From a virus, in IMG/VR virus record IMGVR_UViG_3300045988_011651, positions 1 to 56,208 of that record: a stretch of 56,208 nt of DNA. One strand, written 5' to 3'. The position numbers and the translations under genes are program-made. Below the pieces are notes generated by a model that was not told the origin of the DNA, ran no database searches, and saw nothing but the letters and a program-made list of their open reading frames with translations. This document shows, in pieces, positions 1-8,200 of the stretch; position 1 is the first letter of the stretch, and each line of letters opens with the position of its first letter.

Positions 1-97
1 GAAGCTCACTATCGTACTTTACGATAAGATGTACATTGATGATGATGGCAAAGAGCAGTACTTCTACCCGGATAACAAGGTTACACTTCTTCCAGAA
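1..97. repeat. terminal direct repeat, copy 1 (identical to 56112..56208); circular junction or assembly overlap
   Basis: The same string gaagctcactatcgtactttacgataagatgtacattg...cttccagaa is read at both window ends. Confidence 0.9.
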
Positions 98-319
98 GGC
101 AGCCTTGGAAGCACTTGGTTTGGCACTACACCGGAAGAAAGAACTGCAAGACAGGTAGATGATGTTGATGTAACAACATATGGTGTAGGTATTACAGTCG
201 CTACAAAGACAGAGTATGGACCACCTATGAAGATGTCAACATTTGCATCTGAGGTTGTACTTCCATCATACGAGAATATGGATAGCACATTCGTATATGA
301 GGTTCATAGCGAAGAGTAG
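1..319 (+). CDS. major capsid protein, C-terminal part (continues 55357..56208 across the junction)
   Basis: The frame of ORF 29..319 is open to position 1. It is in phase with the open frame 55357..56208 once the 97-bp duplicate is collapsed. It follows the scaffold and decoration genes (lambda D/E-like order). Confidence 0.8.
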   Translation, partial: KLTIVLYDKMYIDDDGKEQYFYPDNKVTLLPEGSLGSTWFGTTPEERTARQVDDVDVTTYGVGITVATKTEYGPPMKMSTFASEVVLPSYENMDSTFVYEVHSEE

Positions 320-330
320 GGGGTGCAACT

Positions 331-558
331 ATGAAATATCCATATATAGTGATTCATAATGGTAAATGGTACAACGCAGGAGAAGAGGTGCCGGAGAGTA
401 ATTCTCCGGTATCTTCCGTTGGGTATACAAAGACCGAAATCAACAGAATGAGTACCGCAGACTTGCAAAAACTTGCCACAGAGCAGGGAATTGAAAACGC
501 AAAAGCGACAAGCGGCGCGGAGCTGAAAGAAATTCTGATTGCAAAATTTAATCTGTAG
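331..558 (+). CDS. small protein with Rho-N/SAP-like helix-extended-helix motif (hypothetical)
   Basis: ATG 10 nt after the capsid stop. The C-terminus STADLQKLATEQGIENAKATSGAELKEILIAKF resembles an HeH/Rho_N motif. Confidence 0.55.
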   Translation: MKYPYIVIHNGKWYNAGEEVPESNSPVSSVGYTKTEINRMSTADLQKLATEQGIENAKATSGAELKEILIAKFNL

Positions 559-568
559 GAGATCGCTT

Positions 569-955
569 ATGTCATACACACTTGTCGAACAAGTAAAAAT
601 TCGTTTAAAACAATTTCATATAGAAGAGGTAGAGGACGAAGCGACCGGGGAAAAGTCCGATAAAGTTGTGTTTGATGAAAAAGAATGTAACCCTTTGATT
701 GAACAGCTTTTAGAGCAGGCAAGGAATGAGATTATCGGCAGACGGAACTATCCGGACACATACACGCAAGACCAGATTGACAGTGATGTTAAGAACTATG
801 AAAACATTATGGTTAATTTGGCAGTGTACGACCGGTCACAGGCAGGAGAAGCATACATGGCAAGTTTTTCCGAAAACGGTGTGAGCCGGACATGGAAAGA
901 CCGTGAAAGCCTTTTTGTTGGAGTGTTTCCGTTCGTAAAAGCAATGCAATTATAA
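569..955 (+). CDS. head-tail connector/adaptor (gp6-like), putative
   Basis: In-frame ATG 569 behind GTAGGAG. Position after the capsid gene. QLLEQARNEIIGRRNYPD... resembles the gp6-type connector family. Confidence 0.5.
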   Translation: MSYTLVEQVKIRLKQFHIEEVEDEATGEKSDKVVFDEKECNPLIEQLLEQARNEIIGRRNYPDTYTQDQIDSDVKNYENIMVNLAVYDRSQAGEAYMASFSENGVSRTWKDRESLFVGVFPFVKAMQL

Positions 956-1051
956 AGAAGATTGAGCGTGACCATATTGCCGGTGTCGGTAAAATGGTTG
1001 CAGGCGGCGCACATTAAGCGGTGGTGGGCAGTGCGTCAAAAGGAGATTCAA

Positions 1052-1381
1052 ATGAAAAGTATTTTGATTCAAACTTATCTTGTAGTGCTTCCGATAGTGC
1101 TTGGATATATAGTTTGGCTTCTTAAACAGCAAAAGAAAAGCAGGGATGCGAACAGCAAAGGAACAATGCTCCTTTTGCGCGTCCAGCTTATTGAATACCA
1201 TGCAAAGTACACCAGAATCGGAGAAATACCGTCATATGCCTATCAGAACTTCTGTGAGATGTATGATGCGTACCATGCGTTAGGTGGAAATGGCATGGTT
1301 ACGAAAATGAAACATGAGATTGAAGAGATTCATATAGGAAAAGGAGATAAAAGCCATGAGGAATTGGAGAGATTGGACTAA
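1052..1381 (+). CDS. single-pass membrane protein (possible holin partner)
   Basis: In-frame ATG 1052 behind AAAGGAG. N-terminal TM segment ILIQTYLVVLPIVLGYIVWLL. Overlaps the start of the holin-like gene. Confidence 0.5.
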   Translation: MKSILIQTYLVVLPIVLGYIVWLLKQQKKSRDANSKGTMLLLRVQLIEYHAKYTRIGEIPSYAYQNFCEMYDAYHALGGNGMVTKMKHEIEEIHIGKGDKSHEELERLD

Positions 1382-1559
1382 AAAAGCCGGAATCCGAGCA
1401 ATCAAGACTGTTGCGCAAGCGGCGATTGCCGGAATTGGAACGGCGGCATTTATGGGCGCGGTGGATTGGAAATATGTTCTTTCCGCATCAGCCCTTGCCG
1501 GAGTGTTATCACTTCTGACAAGTGTTGCCGGAATCCCGGAGGAAAACACCAATGCTTGA
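1356..1559 (+). CDS. holin, r1t-like family (putative)
   Basis: 67 aa with two TM segments. AGIRAIKTVAQAAIAGIG...VDWKYVLSASALAGVLSLLTSVAGIP matches my memory of the lactococcal r1t holin signature. RBS AAAGGAG. Confidence 0.6.
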   Translation: MRNWRDWTKKAGIRAIKTVAQAAIAGIGTAAFMGAVDWKYVLSASALAGVLSLLTSVAGIPEENTNA

Positions 1560-2010
1560 CATTAACAAGCAGGAAATGAAGTATTCGCAATCCGGTCAGA
1601 GGGTATTCATTCCACAAACTGACGAAAATGGAGATATTGTCTATGAAGGGTACAAGGATTCCGATGGAAACTTTGTACCTTATTTAGATTCCGAAGGCAA
1701 CAAGATTCCAAAAGGCGAGGAAGTTGAAGGGTTTTCAGAACCTACGACATTCCGAGCCAATATCAGCAATAAGCTGTCAGAAGCCCTTGTGAAAGAATTT
1801 GGAATTGATGATAGTACATCATACTGTCAACTTGTCACAGATAAAGGATATTTGCCACTGAAAGCCGGTGATGTGGTGTGGAAACGTTCGGAAGTCAAAC
1901 GCACTGATGATGGACTTGTGGATTCAGAAACCGCAGACTACATCGTAAAAGGTGTTGCCGATGAAGGACTGACCACGGATTTGTTTCTTCTTCGGAAGAA
2001 TATTAAGTAG
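1552..2010 (+). CDS. head-closure / head-tail joining protein (putative)
   Basis: In-frame ATG 1552 overlapping the upstream stop. Called from synteny between the connector and tail genes. Confidence 0.35.
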   Translation: MLDINKQEMKYSQSGQRVFIPQTDENGDIVYEGYKDSDGNFVPYLDSEGNKIPKGEEVEGFSEPTTFRANISNKLSEALVKEFGIDDSTSYCQLVTDKGYLPLKAGDVVWKRSEVKRTDDGLVDSETADYIVKGVADEGLTTDLFLLRKNIK

Positions 2011-2018
2011 GTGATTGC

Positions 2019-2561
2019 ATGAAAAAGAAACCTATTTCAATGACACTATCCACTAAGTCCATACAAGACGCTATAAAGAAATTAGAACAGTACCGCGATA
2101 GTTTACAGGCTAAATGCGATTTACTTGTTTCTAGGCTTGCACAGGAAGGCCAGACGGTGGCAATAAAACAAATATCGAAATCTCCATTAGGAAACACGAT
2201 AACGGTAAGGGTAGATAAAGCGCCACAGTTAATGACATCGAACGCGATTCTGATAGCAACCGGAAAAACGGTAACGTCAGAAGATAGAGAACCGTTCTAT
2301 ACTTTGTTGGCGGTAGAGTTTGGAGCCGGTATTTTTTATAACTCCAAAGAGAACCCAAAAGCACCGGAACTTGGATTCGGTGTCGGCACATATCCGGGGC
2401 AAATACACGCTTTTGAAGATGGTTGGTACTATTGGGACGATAAGACCGAAACATGGCGTTATACCCATGGTATCAAAGCCACAATGCCTATGTATAATGC
2501 GGAACAACAGATTATTCAACAGTATGTAAAGATTGCAAGGGAGGTATTCGGTGGAAAATGA
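2019..2561 (+). CDS. HK97 gp10-like neck/tail-completion protein (putative)
   Basis: Called from synteny. The N-terminal region (IQDAIKKLEQYRDSLQAK...) is typical of gp10-like proteins. Confidence 0.35.
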   Translation: MKKKPISMTLSTKSIQDAIKKLEQYRDSLQAKCDLLVSRLAQEGQTVAIKQISKSPLGNTITVRVDKAPQLMTSNAILIATGKTVTSEDREPFYTLLAVEFGAGIFYNSKENPKAPELGFGVGTYPGQIHAFEDGWYYWDDKTETWRYTHGIKATMPMYNAEQQIIQQYVKIAREVFGGK

Positions 2562-2955
2562 GTTAAATAGTTGGGCACTTGATTTTGAAGATACCGTTTA
2601 CCGATTGCTGAAAGTTTACATGGAAAGCAAAGAAATCGGAATCAAGGTAACGCAGGACGAGGAATCGAACGGAACACCTGTTTTTCCAACACTTCTTATA
2701 CAACAGATTGGATTTACAGAAGCCGGGAGAGATACAGAGTCTTATTTTATTAACGCAATTCGCCCAACATTTCAAATTACAATAACAAATAAAGGAAGAA
2801 GGGAAAAGATTAAGGACATTGCAGAGTATGCAGTGTCCTTTTTTAAATCAAAAAATTTTGATGTTTCAAATGCTGTGTTCACGATTTCCAAGCAAGTGCG
2901 CACGGCAACTTTTCGCGTATCGCGAATTATTGGAGCGTATGAAAATTTAGCATAG
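2551..2955 (+). CDS. tail terminator/completion protein (putative)
   Basis: GTG 2551 lies 7 nt after GGGAGG and overlaps the upstream stop. It is the last gene before the major tail protein. Confidence 0.35.
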   Translation: MENELNSWALDFEDTVYRLLKVYMESKEIGIKVTQDEESNGTPVFPTLLIQQIGFTEAGRDTESYFINAIRPTFQITITNKGRREKIKDIAEYAVSFFKSKNFDVSNAVFTISKQVRTATFRVSRIIGAYENLA

Positions 2956-2983
2956 CCGCAAGGCAGAAAGGAAGCAGAAAATC

Positions 2984-3469
2984 ATGGCATCAACAAGTTA
3001 TAAGTCGCGTGTGATTATTAAAGAGCACACAGCGGAACAAGCCGACTTTGCAGGGACTTACAACCTTTTACTTGCTGCAAAGTCTATTCCATCTCCGGCA
3101 TCTCCACCAAACACGGTTGAGTCAACCACGATGGAAGACCCACAGCAGACATTTGAGAAAGGTATTAAGACAGCGGATTCCCGGGAAATCACCGGAAACC
3201 TTGCAAAAGAATATCTGGAAAACATCGAAAAGCTGGGAGATAAAAAGGTTGACATTATCCACCTGTACGGTACAGATGGAATCGGTGGCGTGGCAAAATA
3301 CGCATACACCGGAACTGTTACCGCGACACCGAATGATGTAGGCGGTGTAGATGAAATCCTTGAAATGACCGCAACTGTTATTCCAAGCACGGCATCGGAA
3401 CTCGTTACCGACAAGCTGAAAGTCGTTGATAACAACGATGGAACATTCACTGTAACAGTGGTGGGGTAA
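2984..3469 (+). CDS. major tail protein
   Basis: 161 aa, immediately upstream of the chaperone pair and tape measure. Strong RBS. Hairpin-rich untranslated region downstream (3470-3612). Confidence 0.65.
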   Translation: MASTSYKSRVIIKEHTAEQADFAGTYNLLLAAKSIPSPASPPNTVESTTMEDPQQTFEKGIKTADSREITGNLAKEYLENIEKLGDKKVDIIHLYGTDGIGGVAKYAYTGTVTATPNDVGGVDEILEMTATVIPSTASELVTDKLKVVDNNDGTFTVTVVG

Positions 3470-3612
3470 AAAGCCTATCGGACGAGCAATCGACCGCACC
3501 GGTAGGCGAGGATGAACGGTCGATAGCAGAACTTGAAGCAATAAGATAAGCAACAATGGGGCGGTGGCAACACTGCCCCTTGCCAATATAGGGCAGAAAG
3601 GCAAGGTAAAGT

Positions 3613-4035
3613 ATGAAAGTAAATTTAGGAAATAGCGAATATTCAATCAAATTTGGTTTTAAGCCAACATTAAAGTCACATCTTATCAAAGATGTATCAG
3701 AGTCGGTAAGCGAGCAGGACGGAAGTTTAGAATCCGTAGAGAAACTGTTACTTGAAACACTTCCTAAGATGCTTCTTGTAGGACTGCAAGTAAACCATAA
3801 GGACGAGTTTGGATATGACTACGATACAAACGAGAAATACGATGAGCAGTTTAATAAGGTGCTTGATCTGCTTTCTGAAAAAATTGACGATGGTGAGATT
3901 GACTGTATTGAGTTGTTCAACGAATTAGAGAATGAGTTGGAGTCAAACAGTTTTTTAGCGAAAATGATGGAGACGGAGAAGAAGAATCGAACACCGGCAA
4001 AGAAAACTCCATCCAAGACAGCCAACAAGAACTAA
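3613..4035 (+). CDS. tail assembly chaperone (gpG-like)
   Basis: Acidic 140-aa ORF directly upstream of a -1 frame ORF and the tape measure, which is the canonical G/GT arrangement. Confidence 0.75.
   Translation: MKVNLGNSEYSIKFGFKPTLKSHLIKDVSESVSEQDGSLESVEKLLLETLPKMLLVGLQVNHKDEFGYDYDTNEKYDEQFNKVLDLLSEKIDDGEIDCIELFNELENELESNSFLAKMMETEKKNRTPAKKTPSKTANKN
3951..3957 (+). promoter_or_regulatory. candidate -1 programmed frameshift heptamer T_TTT_TTA
   Basis: The zero frame reads AGT TTT TTA (S-F-L, confirmed by the ORF-track protein ...ESNSFLAK...). The -1 frame is open from about 3936 through 4415. Confidence 0.6.
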
Positions 4036-4076
4036 CATGGGAATATTACGTTGCGGAAATCCGTCCGTTTTACCTT

Positions 4077-4415
4077 ATGGTAACGAAAGGCTACGGATTT
4101 TCCGTTGATGATATAGATATGATGAATCCAGAGTTGCTTAAGCCTTATGTGGATGCGTATAAGGCAGAATGGAAGCAACGCGATATGGAAATGTATATGT
4201 GGTTCGGCAGATATGCAACGTCAGCACTTGTGACCGCAATAGACGCGACATTCGGTAAGGGTAATAGTAAGTACGTGAAAGAAACTTGCTATGATTCCAT
4301 TGAAAAGCATAATACGGACGATCCCGATGCAGAGATACGAGAAATGCTTAAGGCAGAAGAAGCATGGGCGGCTGAATCAAGGAAATCACATTTACCAAAA
4401 CCAAAGATAGTTTAA
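4077..4415 (+). CDS. gpT-like -1 frame segment, probably expressed as a G-T fusion
   Basis: The frame is -1 relative to 3613..4035 and open upstream to about 3936, overlapping the end of G. There is no convincing independent RBS. Confidence 0.65.
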   Translation: MVTKGYGFSVDDIDMMNPELLKPYVDAYKAEWKQRDMEMYMWFGRYATSALVTAIDATFGKGNSKYVKETCYDSIEKHNTDDPDAEIREMLKAEEAWAAESRKSHLPKPKIV

Positions 4416-4431
4416 GAAAAGAGGTATTGCT

Positions 4432-5121
4432 ATGGCAGTAATTATCGGAAGTGCGAGACGCGATGAACACGGAAACTGCTATTCTGGTGGAAAAGCTGGA
4501 GATCAGACCGGACAGGAAGTGTCTACGCAGAAGTTTTATAACCATTCTAAGGGATGGTATGTGCTAAGGGCGAAGGACGATAGGGTTGCGGAGAAGTTGG
4601 CAGAAGCTATGCAGATTGCATCTGACAATAAAAATATCGGCTATGACCAATCGGAACGCTACGGGGTCATTAAACATGGCATCAACGCAAAAGTAAAGAC
4701 AGAGTGCGATTGTTCATCGCTTGTTCGCGCTTGCATTATCTATGCATCCGGCAAGGATGTGGGAGATTTCAATACTGCAAACGAAAGAATCATTCTTTTG
4801 AAATCCGGCTTGTTTACCGATGCTGGTTCTTACCGAATCGGAGAACTGCTTTACAACGGGGACATTCTTGTGACGCGTACAAAAGGTCACACTGCAATCG
4901 TTGTAAGTGGAGCAAAGAAAAATGCAAGCAAGTATTATTCGATGTATACCGGAAAATCTGGATCAATCGTTGAAGCATTAAAAGCGGTTGGGGAAGATGA
5001 TGTGTCGAAAGAACATCGTGCGGAAATCGCAAAAAAGAACGGATTTTCCAATTTCAAGTTTACATCAGAGGAAAATTCAAAGATGCTTTCTCTTCTGAAA
5101 AAGGGAAAACTGAAAAAGTAA
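4432..5121 (+). CDS. cell-wall hydrolase (NlpC/P60- or CHAP-like Cys/His peptidase); endolysin or tail lysin
   Basis: GGKAGDQTGQE motif. Candidate catalytic Cys (ECDCSSLVRAC) and His (TKGHTAIVV). C-terminal helical repeat domain. Own RBS and downstream hairpin. Confidence 0.5.
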   Translation: MAVIIGSARRDEHGNCYSGGKAGDQTGQEVSTQKFYNHSKGWYVLRAKDDRVAEKLAEAMQIASDNKNIGYDQSERYGVIKHGINAKVKTECDCSSLVRACIIYASGKDVGDFNTANERIILLKSGLFTDAGSYRIGELLYNGDILVTRTKGHTAIVVSGAKKNASKYYSMYTGKSGSIVEALKAVGEDDVSKEHRAEIAKKNGFSNFKFTSEENSKMLSLLKKGKLKK

Positions 5122-5124
5122 TTC

Positions 5125-5158
5125 AAGGGCGGTAGGGGTCAAATCTTACCGCCCTTTT
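5125..5158 (+). terminator. hairpin terminator after the hydrolase gene
   Basis: AAGGGCGGTA-N12-TACCGCCCTT followed by TT(AA). The U-run is short. Confidence 0.45.
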
Positions 5159-5159
5159 A

Positions 5160-5210
5160 ACCGGCTATCAATGTGGAAGATAGCCGCTAACCTAAAAAAG
5201 TTATAGGAAG
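5160..5210 (+). promoter_or_regulatory. conserved leader element, copy A (hairpin + GCTAACCTA-N6-TTATAGG)
   Basis: ACCGGCTA, then hairpin GGCTATC/GATAGCC, then GCTAACCTA-aaaaag-TTATAGGAAG. It lies 12 nt upstream of the tape-measure ATG. The second copy is at 49267..49316. Confidence 0.5.
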
Positions 5211-5221
5211 TTGGTGGATAA

Positions 5222-8200
5222 ATGGAATTAGAGTCTCTTGAAATAAAAATCCAAGCGCAGGCGCAACAGGCAAGCGGTCAGATAGATGCGCTTGTGACAA
5301 GGCTTGGGAGATTATCTTCCGCGCTTTCTGGACTTAGTACCGGGAATCTGAATAGTCTTTCCACAGGGGTAAACCGACTTGCAGGGGCAATGACGGCAAT
5401 GCGTGGAATTGACACACGGACTTTTTCTGCAGTTGCAAGAAATGTAAGCAAATTAGGCTCTATCAACAGCAAGCAGATTAATGCTGCGGCTGGTTCTATG
5501 CGTCAGATTTCCAATGCGGTAAAAGGGATTTCTGGAATGTCGGCATCTGTTAAGGGTCTGACCGATCTTGCATCTGCGATCAAACAGCTTGGTTACCAGA
5601 GTTCCACCAAGGCGATTGAAAATATTCCGAAACTTGCCACGGCAATGCGACAGCTTATGTCTGAATTGTCGAAAGCCCCTAGTGTAAGCCGGAATATTAT
5701 TGACATGACAAATGCATTGGCAAAATTATCACGTACCGGTGGAGCGGCAGGAACAGCGGCAAAAAGCATCACAAGCTCATTTAGTGGATTTAGTTCCGGT
5801 GCTTCTGCGGTTACCAAGAAGTCATTTTCTCTTGCGTCTGCAATCGGAAAAGTGTATGCAACGTATTGGGCTTTATTCCGCGGATTTAGGCTACTTGGAG
5901 ATGCCATTGACATATCATCCTCACTGACAGAGGTTGAGAACGTTGTAAGGCAGACATTCGGGCAGTATGAAAACCTAATTAACAATTTCGCAAAAACATC
6001 AATTGAAAAATTTGGTATGTCTGAATTGTCTGCGAAACAGTTTGCAAGCCGTTTTCAAGCAATGGGAACTGCACTTGATATTCCACAGGGTAAAATGGCA
6101 AAAATGTCCATCCGGTTGACCGAATTAGCCGGAGATATGGCTTCATTCTACGATGTGAGTCAAGAAGATATTGCCAAGAGTCTGCAATCTGTATTTTCCG
6201 GTACTACGGCACCTATGCGGCGTTATGGTATCGACTTGACGCAGGCAACATTAAAGGAATGGGCGTTGAAGCAAGGGCTTGATGCGAACATTTCTTCAAT
6301 GACGCAGGCTGAAAAAGCCATGTTACGTTATCAGTATGTACTTGCACATACAACCAATATCACCGGAGATTTCGCACGTACAGCAGATACGTGGCACAAT
6401 CAGATAACCATGCTTAAAGAGAACTTCAAAGCACTTGGAGCGGTTGTTGGTGGTGGTTTAATCAATGCATTTAAGCCGTTTATCAAGGTACTTAACGCGG
6501 TTCTGCAAAAGGTTATTGCCTTCGCAGAAATGGTAACAAATGCTTTAGGTTCTATCTTCGGATGGAAGTATGAAGCAAGCAAAGGGGCAGGAATCAGCGG
6601 TCTTGCTGATGATATTGGAAGCGCGTCTGACGGCATGGACGATTTAAGTGATGCCGCAGGAAGCGCAGGAAAAAACACAGGCGGTATCGCAAAAAATGCC
6701 AAGAAAGCAAAAAAGGAAATCCAACAGGCAACTCGTGCATTTGATGAATTAAAGGTTATTTCAAAACAAAGTAAAGATAATACTTCCGGTTCCGGGAATA
6801 AAGGTTCTGGTTCTGGATCTGGTTCTGGTTCTGGTGGCGGCACCGGTGCTGATGGTGGATTAGTTCAGACGGACACCATCTTTAAGAAATTCAAAAGCGA
6901 CATCAAAGATCTTGAAGGACTTGGAATTGAAATAAGAAAAGCCCTTGTAAAAGCCGTTGGTGGCATTGAATGGGATAAAATATATGCTAAAGCGTCCGGC
7001 TTCGGAAAAGGACTTGCAGAGTTTCTAAATGGTTTGTTTTCAGAAGATAAAAAGGGAAATAGCGTATTTACTGCAACCGCAGATGTGATTGCAGGAGCGT
7101 TGAATACTGCAATATTCGCATCAAAAGGATTTACGGATAAATTTAAGTTTAAAACATTTGGCAAGAATGTTGCACATGGATTTAATCGTTTCTTTAAAAA
7201 GTTTAAATGGAAACAGTGTGCAGAAGCTATCAACGGATGGGTTGATGGTTTTTGGAAGTTTGTCCGAGGATTCTTTGATGATTTGAGTTGGAAAGATATT
7301 TTCAATGGATTAAAAACGTTTCTAACGAATTTATCGCCGACTACCATAGCAACGATAATTGGGGCGAGAGCATTTAGCAGACTTGGAAAAAACTTCTATA
7401 AGTTAATAAAGAGTGCTATAACAAAGAATCTTGATAAGAAATTAAGTAAAGCGATAACAAAAAAACTAAGTTTGGTAAAGTTGGGAGGTGGCATAGCCGG
7501 AACCCTTGCAACAGGTTTTGTAATTGCAGCCACAATTACAGTCGCAGTGCAGTTTTCTAAGGACTTTAAAGAATGGATAGGCAATATTAAAAAATACGGA
7601 TGGGTCGAGGGGCGGAAAAAAACTGCCAGAGATAACAAGGCTAATCCATATAATAACGGAAGGGCTGTCTCTATTGAGGATAGAAAAAATGCCGCTAATA
7701 AAAATAAAGCAAATCCGTATGATGCAAACAGTGCAAAATCCCACAAAACTCTTGAATTCCAAGCTAAAATAAAGACAACAGCATCTGAATTATGGAAGAA
7801 GCTAAAGTCTGATTGGGATAAGATAAAAAATAAATATGCAGATTTTAAAGCTAGGGTAAAAGATAATGCTAAAGAATGGTGGGAGAATACTAAGGAATAC
7901 TGGTCTAAAAAAGTCGGCAAAGTAAAAGAATTTACTACAGATGTAAAAGACTCTGCTAAAGAATGGTGGAGTAACACTAAGAAATATTGGGGTCAAAAAG
8001 TTGGACAAGTTAAGAAATTTACAACCGCAGTCCAGAATGATGCATCTAAGTGGTGGAGTAACACTAAGAAATATTGGGCGGAAAAGGTTGGAAAGGTAAA
8101 AGAATTTAATACAGGCGTTAAAAATAAAGCCGGTGAATGGTGGTCTAATGTTAAAAAATGGTGGGAAAGCACTACGGCAGGAAAAGAGGTAAAGAGATTT

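Noticed and set aside
1-97. The 97-bp terminal repeat as a genuine physical direct terminal repeat of the virion DNA.
   Set aside because: It falls in the middle of the capsid gene, and its length fits an assembly k-mer overlap. This cannot be decided from sequence alone, so it is reported only as evidence of circular closure.
3058-3689. Minus-strand ORFs of 130, 174 and 80 aa opposite the major tail gene and its downstream leader.
   Set aside because: They are antisense shadows of a well-supported + strand gene. They have no RBS, odd composition, and would break the uniform late operon.
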